From IMG/VR virus record IMGVR_UViG_3300005279_000195: a stretch of DNA of 64,000 nucleotides, one strand, 5' to 3'. How positions within the stretch are numbered: position 1 is the first letter of the stretch; each line of letters opens with the position of its first letter. This DNA is from a virus. Shown here piece after piece: positions 1 to 9,210 of this stretch. The position numbers were made by a program, and so were the translations under genes. The notes beneath the pieces were generated by a model, which was not told the origin of the DNA, did not search any database, and saw nothing but the letters and a program-made list of their open reading frames with translations.

Positions 1-148
1 CTGAAACCTGTGATAAATCTCTGGTTTCATAAATATATTTAGACACAAAAGTACAAGCGTTAGCATACGCTTTTAGACTATTTTGTAACAACTCAACATC
101 TGTTTCATTAGGATATATTTGTACTTTTGCTGTCTTAACAAATTTCAT
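1..148 (-). CDS. tnpB: TnpB-like (IS200/IS605 OrfB) RNA-guided nuclease, N-terminal 49 aa only (runs off window start)
   Basis: Manual translation MKFVKTAKVQIYPNETDVELLQNSLKAYANACTFVSKYIYETRDLSQVS matches the typical TnpB N-terminus (TAK.QI.P...LL..+.AY..AC.+VS.YI+....L.Q.S). GAGG lies upstream of the ATG at 148. Too short for the ORF track. Confidence 0.75.
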   Translation of the reverse strand, partial: MKFVKTAKVQIYPNETDVELLQNSLKAYANACTFVSKYIYETRDLSQVS

Positions 149-236
149 TCCGATAACCTCAATAAATTTCATAATGTCTTAACACAAAAGATGTAGGGAA
201 TTGTATAGTTCCCCAAGCACTGCAACTCATAAAGTA
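1..236 (-). mobile_element. Left end of an IS200/IS605-family (tnpB-carrying) insertion
   Basis: AT-rich segment starting right after the TGA of the 237..728 gene; subterminal hairpin GGGAA-ttgtatag-TTCCC at ~197-214; no tnpA between this end and tnpB. Confidence 0.5.
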
Positions 237-728
237 TCACCTCCGCGCGAAAATCTCATCGGGCATTTCCCAACCGTATAATCTACAAATGGGAGCGGCT
301 ATTGAAAACTCCTCCCCGGTGTCGGGATTTTTCTGATAAAACTGCAACATGGACGGGCGGCAAGGGTTGTCGTGTCCCGTCTGCTCAAGCCAAAGGTCTC
401 CGTCTTTAACATAAAACTCTATGCGACCGGGGTCGTCAAAAGAACAAACCGCGTCTTGCATAGCCTCCGCTATATTTACGGTGGGAAAATCCGCGTGGCC
501 CGGATGCGAACCATCCCACAATTCAAGAGAACCCTTCATACCAATAGGAAACTCTACATTGATGTTGAGGTTAATCATCTCGGCTTCCCAATTCCTATCA
601 ATTTCTTCGGTGGCCATCTCCTCGATAACGCGTTCACGGTCATCGCCGTCGTAATCAAAAATTTCATCAACGGCCTTGCACATAGCCACAAAATCGTTGT
701 CGTAAATCAAATGCTTCTCTTCATCCAT
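237..728 (-). CDS. hypothetical acidic protein (163 aa)
   Basis: ORF with AAGGAG-type RBS, co-oriented with neighbours. Confidence 0.8.
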   Translation of the reverse strand: MDEEKHLIYDNDFVAMCKAVDEIFDYDGDDRERVIEEMATEEIDRNWEAEMINLNINVEFPIGMKGSLELWDGSHPGHADFPTVNIAEAMQDAVCSFDDPGRIEFYVKDGDLWLEQTGHDNPCRPSMLQFYQKNPDTGEEFSIAAPICRLYGWEMPDEIFARR

Positions 729-742
729 AAAATCACATCTCC

Positions 743-1381
743 TTATACATCTCTGTTCGGCAGCTCAATCGGGTTATAACCACAACTGTCGATATATCGC
801 TGCACCTCTTGTATCAAATCCTTTTGCTGCGTTGTTAAGTTCGGGCGTCCGCTTAAGTCGTGCAACTGCTCGACAACCGACTCGTCGATTTCTTCGACCT
901 CTTCTTCGGTCAACCTGAAATCGCCCGTAAACTTCGGCTGTTTTTCCTTTCTGTTCACAACCAACTCGGGGTCTTGCTGCGCATCGAAAACCATATAAAA
1001 GCCATCGGGTCTTGTAACCAAATCAATCATAATCACGCAACGCTCGGCAACATCGTAAATTGCGCCATAGCCGTGGTCGTATAAAAGGTCATCAGAAGTA
1101 TTGTCGTGCTTGCGGTGAGCCAATGCGGTCAAAAACGAGCGAAACCCCGACAAGTGCGACACCGCCTTCATAGGCGCGTCCGCTCCGATGGAATTACCCG
1201 TGCAAGGTTCACCGAACTCGCCGTGCCAAAATCTTTCAAGAGGTGCGCGGTTGCCGTAGTAAGTATATGCGGAGAATGAAATACACGGCTGAGGCGCCGC
1301 ATCGCCGCTTAACTGTACTTCCTGAAACAAAGGGCTTCGCACCGCAAAATCATCAGGTAAAACAGAAATTTTGTTGTCCAT
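743..1381 (-). CDS. hypothetical protein (212 aa)
   Basis: ORF with GAAAGGA RBS. Confidence 0.8.
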   Translation of the reverse strand: MDNKISVLPDDFAVRSPLFQEVQLSGDAAPQPCISFSAYTYYGNRAPLERFWHGEFGEPCTGNSIGADAPMKAVSHLSGFRSFLTALAHRKHDNTSDDLLYDHGYGAIYDVAERCVIMIDLVTRPDGFYMVFDAQQDPELVVNRKEKQPKFTGDFRLTEEEVEEIDESVVEQLHDLSGRPNLTTQQKDLIQEVQRYIDSCGYNPIELPNRDV

Positions 1382-1529
1382 AGATAAGAAATATCCTTTC
1401 GTGTTATAATTAACTCCTCTGATTAAGTTCAGAGGAGTGTCATAGGAAGCGGTCTGCTCTGCCCGTCCGGGATTGTGAGGAGGCCGCTTTGTTTATTAGA
1501 GGTTGATTGAAATTAAAGAAAACCGTTGG

Positions 1530-2027
1530 CTATCGGCTGCGAGGAGACTCGGGAGCGACTCTTTGGCAGAAAGCCTGCACCGCGCCCGCGAGGGCTCGTT
1601 GATATGGTCTCTGTTGTTCCCCAAACTCAACCGAGTCGTTTTGGCGACAGTCTTCCCACGCGTCCTTCATCACCCAGCCTTCAACTCGGACAGGTACCGC
1701 GTTGTAAGAATGGTTAAGCGCGTCTTCTGCGCGGTGGCAGTTGGATATGCCTTCGAACAAGATAACGGGCCTTCCTTGGTCTGCGACTTCTTTATAGCAG
1801 TAATCCGGGTGCTCGGATGTGCCCGATGTCGCCAACGTACAGATAGGGCCCGGCGCGAACATACGGTTGGGACAGTAACTGCCTTTGGACTCTTTTAGGT
1901 CGCGCAGAATACTCTTGTAAGTTGACTCGGGGACAACAGAGAAACTCACAAGCGCCCCGTCGCGAGTTGGGTCGTCTAAGGCAAACAACACCCAGGGCTT
2001 TTCGAAAAAGTCGTAGCCTAAAATCAT
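1530..2027 (-). CDS. hypothetical protein (165 aa)
   Basis: ORF; start overlaps the upstream stop (ATGA); GAAGGAG RBS. Confidence 0.75.
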   Translation of the reverse strand: MILGYDFFEKPWVLFALDDPTRDGALVSFSVVPESTYKSILRDLKESKGSYCPNRMFAPGPICTLATSGTSEHPDYCYKEVADQGRPVILFEGISNCHRAEDALNHSYNAVPVRVEGWVMKDAWEDCRQNDSVEFGEQQRPYQRALAGAVQAFCQRVAPESPRSR

Positions 2028-2386
2028 TCGTTGTCTCCTTCGCCGTCTTTCAGGCCAAATTCTTCGTACAAGTTATCGCGGGCAAGGTCTAACGCCGTGT
2101 CAATCTCGCGCTTCGTTCTTGCCTTTCCAGAGGTCTTGAGCCACTTGGCTTTGAACTCGGAAACCGCCTTGCGATAGTCGCTCTCACAAGTGTCGCCCGA
2201 CGCGTACCAGTCGTAGGCGTGAATGACATCAAGCACGTCGTAAACGAGCTCGGACATCTCAACGTCTTCCAACGGGTTGCGGCGTCTTACTTCGAGCATC
2301 AATTCTTTGGGGTCTTCCTCATAGATGTATCCGAAGATGTCATCCATAAGGTTTCTGTCGATATAACCGAAATGTCCACCAGACAT
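2024..2386 (-). CDS. hypothetical protein (120 aa)
   Basis: AAAGGAG RBS favours the ATG at 2386. Confidence 0.8.
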   Translation of the reverse strand: MSGGHFGYIDRNLMDDIFGYIYEEDPKELMLEVRRRNPLEDVEMSELVYDVLDVIHAYDWYASGDTCESDYRKAVSEFKAKWLKTSGKARTKREIDTALDLARDNLYEEFGLKDGEGDNE

Positions 2387-2413
2387 AAGCAAACTCCTTT
2401 CTTAAAGAAAACA

Positions 2414-2440
2414 AAAAGAGGGCCGAAGGGCCCTCCGTGT
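2414..2440 (-). terminator. intrinsic terminator
   Basis: GAGGGCC-gaa-GGCCCTC type hairpin followed by a U-tract on the minus strand. Confidence 0.7.
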
Positions 2441-2530
2441 TAAATTGCGCTTTGTGAAAAACCAAAAGTTACATCCGCCCAAAACAGATTGTGTTCGTAC
2501 CGATGACAGCAAAAGCCTTGATATTCATTC

Positions 2531-2674
2531 TTAGCCCTCCTTATGCGCCGCCAACTCGGCACGAATTTCATCAACTAAACGAACGATGTCATCCTCTGTA
2601 TAAGCTCCTAAAGTCCGGTGCGCCGCCTCGCTCAAAAGGTGGATGCTATCTTGCAAAGTTGAATTTTCATCCAT
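2531..2674 (-). CDS. small hypothetical protein (47 aa, MDENSTLQDSIHLL...AAHKEG)
   Basis: Below the ORF-track cutoff; AAAAGGAG RBS 8 nt before the ATG. Confidence 0.6.
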   Translation of the reverse strand: MDENSTLQDSIHLLSEAAHRTLGAYTEDDIVRLVDEIRAELAAHKEG

Positions 2675-2712
2675 AATCGGCACTCCTTTTCCTCTAAATC
2701 TTAAGTCCTATT

Positions 2713-3414
2713 TTACCGCGCGAGTTCTACATAGAGCAACTGACTGCCTTCAAAGTTGAGGAGCGAGATTTCGCTCCCATCCTTTGTGTACCAGTAGTAG
2801 CCGTCATCATCGATATCCTGAGCGGCGCCGAGCAACGCTTCGAAGTCGTCGTAGCCGGAAGCCGCGGTCAAGCCGTTATAACTGAAATCGTAGCCGCCAT
2901 AGAAAATCATCACCGCGTTGATGGGGCAACTCTTAATCGGCATAGTTTCGTTTGTGTTGTTGATAACGGTGAACTCAACCCAGTAGTTAGTGTCAAAACA
3001 CGTATACGACCCACTGGGCGAAATTTCAGCGTCGGCGTCGAGTACCTCGATACCGCATTTGTTAGACACTCCGTTGAGCGTTGTAATGCCGAGAATAATA
3101 TCCGCGTTCTGAAGAGTTACGATACCGTAATCTCCAGACCAAGCGAGCCAGTTGGAAGCCGTCTCTACGGTCTGTGTCTCGGCTGCAGTCGTTTCGGAGG
3201 GCGTCATCTCGGCAGCGGTCTCCTCGTCAACTATATCGGGGATTGTGACAGCAACAGTATCTTCTGCCGAAGTCTCCTCTTCGAAGAACTCTGTTACGAG
3301 TGCGGTCTCCTCGGAAGACGAAGGCTTGGCAACCTCAAACGAGAAGGAACAGGCTGAAATTGAAAAAGCCGCGACGAGCGCGGCGAGAGAAGTTATAAGT
3401 TTCTTATTAAGCAC
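2713..3414 (-). CDS. putative lipoprotein with S/T/E/A-rich linker
   Basis: GTG start after GGAAAGGA; signal peptide MLNKKLITSLAALVAAFSISA-C (lipobox). Confidence 0.75.
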   Translation of the reverse strand: MLNKKLITSLAALVAAFSISACSFSFEVAKPSSSEETALVTEFFEEETSAEDTVAVTIPDIVDEETAAEMTPSETTAAETQTVETASNWLAWSGDYGIVTLQNADIILGITTLNGVSNKCGIEVLDADAEISPSGSYTCFDTNYWVEFTVINNTNETMPIKSCPINAVMIFYGGYDFSYNGLTAASGYDDFEALLGAAQDIDDDGYYWYTKDGSEISLLNFEGSQLLYVELAR

Positions 3415-3431
3415 AAAATGTCCTTTCCGGG

Positions 3432-3860
3432 TTACAGAGCCCTTGAGTGTCTCCAATCCGTTCCGACGAGGTTCATCCACTCAGGAGGATGTTTGGCGAT
3501 TTCAGATTTAACGGCGAGTGCTAAATCTTCGGGAACGGGTTTAACAACGGCTTGCTGCCCGTTCTCGTGATATTCGACCGCACCTTGGTCGATATAGTAG
3601 GCAACGGTTGGCCCACCCAAACACAGACAGATACAGTCGGGGTTGCCTGTTTCAGTGCCAAGCTGGTCTAATATCCAATCGGCAACCGCATTATTGTTAA
3701 ACGCTTCCTGCAACTCCTCAATACGGGTTGCAATTCCATCGTCAGCGCGGCTGTGATAATCGAGCAAGCGCTGCAATTTGGTCTCGGCCTCTTCCGGGTC
3801 GGACTCTTTCCAAGTCTCATACAAGAGAATTTCGTCTTGGGTCAGATTGTTGTGTTTCAT
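3432..3860 (-). CDS. hypothetical protein (142 aa, LGGP motif)
   Basis: AAGGAGGG RBS before the ATG at 3860. Confidence 0.75.
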   Translation of the reverse strand: MKHNNLTQDEILLYETWKESDPEEAETKLQRLLDYHSRADDGIATRIEELQEAFNNNAVADWILDQLGTETGNPDCICLCLGGPTVAYYIDQGAVEYHENGQQAVVKPVPEDLALAVKSEIAKHPPEWMNLVGTDWRHSRAL

Positions 3861-3939
3861 ATTCAAAGCCCTCCTTATGGGCAACAAAAACCCGCCGTGG
3901 GATGGCGGGGGATGGAAATTAAAGAAAAGGTGTTGGCGG

Positions 3940-4557
3940 TTAGCGAGAGCGGGATTGCTCAAGTTCTCGTAGCTCGGTTAAGCGTGCTTGGAACTTTTCG
4001 GCAACGCCGGGAAAATCCCAAAGAGTGTGATTGCCGAAACGGTTAAGCACATAAGGGCAATAGGTTTCGTTTTGTGTGCCCCAATAATGTACCACAGTCT
4101 CCAGTGCTGTGGGTTCGGGCCAACGCAACATAGCCTGCTCCCAGCCTTTAACGCAAGCCAACGCTTCGTCGAGCGTTTCGAAATAAAGAACGTCTTCGAC
4201 GAAAGGTAAGTGCGCGATATAGTTGCGTCCGGCGAGGTAAACAACTTTGCCTGTTTCGCAAGAAGAAAGATAAAGGTCGTGCGGGTATTGGGCGGAACTG
4301 GAATAGCGCACGACTCCTATCTCGAAGGCGCCACAATTCGCCTCGGGGTCTTCCATAGCAGCTTGGAAGTCTCGTGCTGTCCGAACGGCGTCTTCGAATG
4401 TTGTTTCGAGTGTTGCCGAAATGGGGCTCAGAGCGCGGGGAGCATGGAGGTCCCCTTCCCAAACGCAATCAATCGAGCGGTCTAAAAAGAGAAACTGTCG
4501 CCAAGAAGGAAGGTCGGAACAACCAGCCTCGCGGATAAATGCGTAATAATAGTCCAT
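3940..4557 (-). CDS. hypothetical protein (205 aa)
   Basis: ORF with GAAAGGG RBS downstream of a sigmaA promoter. Confidence 0.8.
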   Translation of the reverse strand: MDYYYAFIREAGCSDLPSWRQFLFLDRSIDCVWEGDLHAPRALSPISATLETTFEDAVRTARDFQAAMEDPEANCGAFEIGVVRYSSSAQYPHDLYLSSCETGKVVYLAGRNYIAHLPFVEDVLYFETLDEALACVKGWEQAMLRWPEPTALETVVHYWGTQNETYCPYVLNRFGNHTLWDFPGVAEKFQARLTELRELEQSRSR

Positions 4558-4605
4558 AAGAAAACCCTTTCTAAAAAATATCGTAAATGATAATTGTTTA
4601 ATTAT

Positions 4606-4633
4606 AGTGTAAACCTTGGATGAATTTTGTCAA
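4606..4633 (-). promoter_or_regulatory. sigmaA-type promoter for the leftward gene block
   Basis: TTGACA-16-TACACT on the minus strand. Confidence 0.65.
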
Positions 4634-4649
4634 GTCCCCACCGCGCGAA

Positions 4650-4683
4650 CGCTAAACCGCAAATTCGGGTTCCCGCCGGAGGG
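4650..4683. repeat. 34-bp direct repeat, copy 1 (CGCTAAACCGCAAATTCGGGTTCCCGCCGGAGGG)
   Basis: Identical to 5308..5341. Confidence 0.95.
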
Positions 4684-4920
4684 AGCAGAGGGAGAAAACA
4701 AAAGAAAAGGGGGGTAGGTGTGAAAAAGAGTGAAAACCGCTCCTATATATTCTCTATTGATGTCCTCCATCAATCCAGCTTATATAGGGAGGTAAAATCA
4801 CCCGTAAACAACTGAAGTTACATAAAGTGCGCAAATCCTTTTTTCACTAAGGCTTGCGCGGCCGAAAATCCTTTTTCACCCCTCTCGTTTCTTCTCCAAA
4901 AAAAAAAAAAAAACGACGTT

Positions 4921-5057
4921 TGGGGAAAATGTCGGCCTTTTTTGCGATTTTTTTTGGGGAAAATGGAGGCCATTTTTGACGATTTTACCCCCCAAAAAAG
5001 GCAAAAATCCCCAACATTTTCCCCACAAAAAAGCTAAAATTCCCTGTATTTTCCCCA
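4921..5057. repeat. symmetric array of four TGGGGAAAAT(G/A) boxes (two forward, two inverted)
   Basis: Forward boxes at 4921 and 4955; reverse-complement boxes at 5015-5025 and 5047-5057; shared centre ~4990. Confidence 0.8.
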
Positions 5058-5307
5058 TAACCCTTAAGAATGCAAACGGTTTTTAGAGTGAATAACAACG
5101 ACTATTTTTGCATCAACTCTCCTTTTGTCAGCCTCGTCGACCTATCCCCAAGGACTCAACTCTCCACTCTTCGTATGAGTGCTTCGCCTCTTGACATAGA
5201 TTAAAAGCTTTTTTGGCGTTCTCTTGCGCGCGTTTTGAGTAATATTGTGCCGCCAGTTCCAAAATCAAGTTCCACTTTAGGTGACTCGGGTCATATAGAG
5301 ACGCGAG

Positions 5308-5341
5308 CGCTAAACCGCAAATTCGGGTTCCCGCCGGAGGG
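5308..5341. repeat. 34-bp direct repeat, copy 2
   Basis: Identical to 4650..4683. Confidence 0.95.
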
Positions 5342-5615
5342 GGGGCGGAAACAAAACAGTCAAAAGGAAAACAAAAAAGAAGGGGGGATTATTTGGAAAA
5401 TTGTCCTACCAAACTACCCCGGTAAAACTTTCTAAGTTTATGACCCCTGGGGTCATAAAATCTATAAAGGTAAGGGAGAAAATCGGCGTTTGCAACTTTA
5501 GTTGCGCAAACGCAGGCAAAGCCCGTATTCTTCGAGGGTTTGCTTTGTCCCGAAAATCTTTTTTCGACCTTTGTTTGTCTCAAAATCGGCCTACTCGCGC
5601 CAAAAAAGCCTATTT

Positions 5616-5735
5616 TTTTGGGGGAAACTCACCCCGAAAAACCGCCTTTTTTGGCAAATCTTTCCCCCAAAATCGGCCTTTTGGGGGGAAACTCACCCCG
5701 AAAAAACCGCCTTTTTTGCTAATCTTTCCCCCAAA
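5616..5735. repeat. ~63-bp tandem repeat x2, each unit bounded by TTTGGGGGAAA...TTTCCCCCAAA
   Basis: Units start at 5616 and 5679 and differ mainly in homopolymer length. Confidence 0.85.
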
Positions 5736-5768
5736 TTTCATCGTTCACCGTGCCTTTTGCCCCCTTTT

Positions 5769-6605
5769 TCACAGCCTTCGACTGAGCGGGTCCACCCCGA
5801 TTATGTTGCACACGTCGATTAACGCCTGTGTTGTTCTTTCAGGATAATATTGCTGAGCCAATCCAAACATCAACCACCATTTTAGCCTGGTCGTGTTGAA
5901 ATAACTGACAATTCGCTTTTCCTCCTCCGTGAGTTCCGGTTGACTTAGGAAATCTACGACCATAAGTTCATCTCTGTTATAAGCCGTGATTTTCGTCGGG
6001 GCTTTGTGCAGATACAAACCAGCGGTTTCTTGGTCTTCCTCGTCCAACCACACATCGTTTACCGCTATATGCGTTCCCGTATCCCAGTTAACATAGGTTT
6101 TATAATTTTTCTCTCGCATCGCGTCTGCTACGGCGTTGTGCCCCCAATGATAAGCCTGCTTTTTATCTTTTAACATCATCTCCGCCCAATGTCTTATTTG
6201 GCCCCGAAAGTTTCCCTGCGCTGCTCTGTCGTACCCTTCTTGTTCTAACGAGTACACCCCTCTGAAATAATGAACCCATATCAACTTTGTTCCAGGCCAC
6301 CTCGGGTTAGGGAAAGTTTCCGGCATTCGCGCTAACGCGTGCTCTACTACCTTTTGGACGCTTGCTACATCATCTGCCGTTGTATTCTCTGGCGTCTTGC
6401 CTTTGTACTTCAGCAAAATCTCCTCTGTTATCTCCTTAACTCTGATAGGCTGCCCAAAATCCCGCTGTGCACAGAAGTTCGGTGTGAAATCTCTTTCCCA
6501 ATCTACGGGTATCGGGAACCGACTAAGTATGTATTCCTGCACCATCTTCGTGGTTATGTGGTCGGCAGGAGTAATCTCACAGTATGTATAAATTTTATCT
6601 GGCAC
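5769..6605 (-). CDS. hypothetical protein (278 aa) adjacent to the repeat region
   Basis: AGAAAGGAG RBS favours the GTG at 6605; no family recognised. Confidence 0.8.
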   Translation of the reverse strand: MPDKIYTYCEITPADHITTKMVQEYILSRFPIPVDWERDFTPNFCAQRDFGQPIRVKEITEEILLKYKGKTPENTTADDVASVQKVVEHALARMPETFPNPRWPGTKLIWVHYFRGVYSLEQEGYDRAAQGNFRGQIRHWAEMMLKDKKQAYHWGHNAVADAMREKNYKTYVNWDTGTHIAVNDVWLDEEDQETAGLYLHKAPTKITAYNRDELMVVDFLSQPELTEEEKRIVSYFNTTRLKWWLMFGLAQQYYPERTTQALIDVCNIIGVDPLSRRL

Positions 6606-6675
6606 TCTCTTTATCTCCTTTCTAAATTCAAAAACTTTTTTCTTTTGTTTCCCTCCGCCCGAAGGGCGGGCGTCG

Positions 6676-7134
6676 TTATCCGACGCCCCACGCATTCAGG
6701 CTCTTGGCAATCTCTTCGATGAACATTTTCTCCAGCGTCTCCCAATGTTTGATGAGATATATGAGCGACGGGCTGTATCGTTCAATCGCCAGACACGGGT
6801 CGCACATCTCGCCCGCTTTGTAGATAGTTGTGCTGAACTTATTATCCTTCTCCGAAAACTGGACCGAGTCTTTATACACGACAACAGTGTGCCCGCACTC
6901 CAACTCTATCCGGCACCCTCCGTCGAGGAGCGCGGTTACCGCGTACTTACCGACAGGAGGGCTCACCGCGATGGTTGTTCCCGGTAAAATGCACCCGCAG
7001 ATTTTTACCAGCCTCGGCGCAACCGTCTGCCATTTCCGTTTATAAACATCTCTCGCGCCGTTCTCCATCGCGCAGCGCTTGACCCGCACCTCGTTTACTT
7101 TGCGAGAGAGTGCCTGAAGTTCTTCTATCGTCAT
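6676..7134 (-). CDS. hypothetical protein (152 aa)
   Basis: ORF overlapping the upstream stop. Confidence 0.75.
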   Translation of the reverse strand: MTIEELQALSRKVNEVRVKRCAMENGARDVYKRKWQTVAPRLVKICGCILPGTTIAVSPPVGKYAVTALLDGGCRIELECGHTVVVYKDSVQFSEKDNKFSTTIYKAGEMCDPCLAIERYSPSLIYLIKHWETLEKMFIEEIAKSLNAWGVG

Positions 7135-7805
7135 TGACGGATACCACCTTTCTGCAAAGTGTTCTTTAAGTAGTTGATTACTTCTTTTGCAAGCGTTGGA
7201 CTTTCAAAGTCGAACCTCGGTCCAACCCACGAGCGGTGTGTGTCGTTAATGCCGTTTAAGATTTTACCCGCCAACATACCTCGGTCTTTGAAGCCGTTTA
7301 GGTTGTCCGTCAAATCATCAAGCAGCATCCACGTCGCAATATCCGGGTCGACCTGTAGCGCTTTGGAAATCCCGCACGGCGTAAATATACGGTGATACAC
7401 TCCCGGCAAATACTTGTTGAGCCAGCGGTTCTTTTCCGCGAGTGCGTACGGTGAGTCTGTGAGGTACGATGAGAATATCGCGACCTCAATCTCCGGGCGG
7501 TCCACCGCGTAGTCGCACAGGCGTTTGACCTGCTCGACCATATTCTTGTTCGGTGGCAACTCTTCGAAGTAGCCTTCGTGATACAGATGCTCGACGTGAA
7601 AATACTGCTCTCCGTAATAAGCGCTGTAGTACCTCTCGCCGTTGCCGCGCCATCGCGCCAGCACGCCGTCCATATCAACACAAATTACAATCTTGCCTTG
7701 GAACTCTTCGGGCGACCACTGTTTGAGGAAGCCCGAAGTTTTGTTGTCCGCGTTACCTTGCAATTCTCTTACATCCTGAGTTTTCACTATCTCGTAATTA
7801 CACAT
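7131..7805 (-). CDS. HAD-superfamily 5'(3')-deoxyribonucleotidase (NT5C-like)
   Basis: VDMDGVLA motif I, EK..WL..Y+P, LLDD motif IV. Confidence 0.8.
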   Translation of the reverse strand: MCNYEIVKTQDVRELQGNADNKTSGFLKQWSPEEFQGKIVICVDMDGVLARWRGNGERYYSAYYGEQYFHVEHLYHEGYFEELPPNKNMVEQVKRLCDYAVDRPEIEVAIFSSYLTDSPYALAEKNRWLNKYLPGVYHRIFTPCGISKALQVDPDIATWMLLDDLTDNLNGFKDRGMLAGKILNGINDTHRSWVGPRFDFESPTLAKEVINYLKNTLQKGGIRQ

Positions 7806-7806
7806 C

Positions 7807-8679
7807 TTAGAAATCCTCCGCACCTCCGCCGATATCTTCTATCGGTATATCTGTCTCTTCTGTATTTGCTGTTGTAACCGACGCCTCGTCTCCGCCTTCG
7901 ATAGTTGTCGTAGTCACTACTGTCGTAGTCGGAGTGGTGCCGGCTGTAACCGCCGGTTTCTTTTCCGTTGCCTGAGTTGTTGTTGCCGTAAAATCAAATC
8001 CCGACATTGTCGAAGCCGTTCCGTCCTCGTTGGTTTCGTTCGGCAGCAAGAGCGAGAGTTCTTCCGCCTCGGACGACTCGACCGCGGATGGGATACTGAT
8101 AAGAGACGATGTCTCGATAACATCGTCTTCCGAAAAGTCTTTCCAGAACGAGAGCGCTGTGTCTTCGTACTGTATCTCGCAGGTTGTCCAGTCGCGATAG
8201 AACTCGTATAGCATATAGCCCGTCTCTGTTCTTCCCGGATGGATTGTCGCAGACACGATGGTGTCGCCCGAGATGCCGAGCGCTTCGAACGCGAGCGAGT
8301 CGGTTGAGTGCCCGAGTTCTTCATTGTCTATGTAGCAACGCAAGTCATCCGGCGAGAGATTTAAGTCTTCTACGCTGAGGTTTGTAAGCGAGACGTGTAT
8401 CTTCACGTAGTCGTGATGGTCGTACCACTCCCCGAGCGTGTTGTATCTGTCCCACGAGAATACTTCGACCTGGTCGACGCTCAACTCGACCAACTCGTTT
8501 CTTGCTGTCTCGCCGACCTCGTACGATGTGTACTCGTCGCCGACCACCGCGGTCTGAATTGTCGTTGTGGTCGCATCCGATTTAGTTGCCGCCGAGCCCG
8601 TCTGTCTGACCGAACACCCGGCGAAAGCAAACGCCGAGGCCGTTGCCAGCGCCAGCGCTATATATTTTGTAAATCTCAT
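7807..8679 (-). CDS. lipoprotein, DUF4352-like Ig domain with T-rich tail
   Basis: Signal peptide ending FAG-C; VGET....VELSVD..E, V.LTN, TIHPG.TE.G.+LYE pattern. Confidence 0.7.
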   Translation of the reverse strand: MRFTKYIALALATASAFAFAGCSVRQTGSAATKSDATTTTIQTAVVGDEYTSYEVGETARNELVELSVDQVEVFSWDRYNTLGEWYDHHDYVKIHVSLTNLSVEDLNLSPDDLRCYIDNEELGHSTDSLAFEALGISGDTIVSATIHPGRTETGYMLYEFYRDWTTCEIQYEDTALSFWKDFSEDDVIETSSLISIPSAVESSEAEELSLLLPNETNEDGTASTMSGFDFTATTTQATEKKPAVTAGTTPTTTVVTTTTIEGGDEASVTTANTEETDIPIEDIGGGAEDF

Positions 8680-8817
8680 TTATGAGAGTCTCCTTTCTGT
8701 GTCGGAAATTCGTGATAAAAAGAGGAGGCCCGAAGTCGAGCCTCCCCTGTTTGGTGTTTACGGTGAACGTGTCACCTGTGGCGTATTGTCCATCGCTTGT
8801 GTTACCTTTCTTGGAGT

Positions 8818-9210
8818 TTAGTTTTCTGTGTTGTTCCCTTGCAATTTTTGCAACTGTTTGTACTGCCGTTCCTTTGTGTAGAGGTCGGCGTTAATCACCG
8901 CCCACTCCTCTTGCATCTGTTGTGGGGTAAGTATGGCGACCGTGTTGTACTGACCGTACTCATCCTTCTTGTCGCTTGACAACTCAAACGCCCAGTTCTC
9001 ACTGTCGAACGACATTACGAACGTGCCGGGCAGCTCACCCATATAGAGGCACTTGCTCGGATGCCAGAACGAGCAGTTTGCGAACCTGCTGTTCTCAGGC
9101 ATGTGTATCAAGTACGCCTTGGGCACTTCCCGTCCGCTCTCTTCGGGCCGTCGATATGTGTACGCCACATCTTCCTCTCGGATACGGATTTTGGAAAACC
9201 TGTTTCCCAT
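8818..9210 (-). CDS. hypothetical protein (130 aa; LIHMP..S.F...SFWHPSK motif)
   Basis: AGAAAGGAG upstream of the ATG at 9210. Confidence 0.75.
   Translation of the reverse strand: MGNRFSKIRIREEDVAYTYRRPEESGREVPKAYLIHMPENSRFANCSFWHPSKCLYMGELPGTFVMSFDSENWAFELSSDKKDEYGQYNTVAILTPQQMQEEWAVINADLYTKERQYKQLQKLQGNNTEN

Noticed and set aside
4627-5847. Several ORFs (e.g. 5401..5847, 5502..5822, 4876..5058) in the repeat region
   Set aside because: Translations are F/K/G/P-rich products of homopolymer runs with no RBS; the region reads as non-coding.
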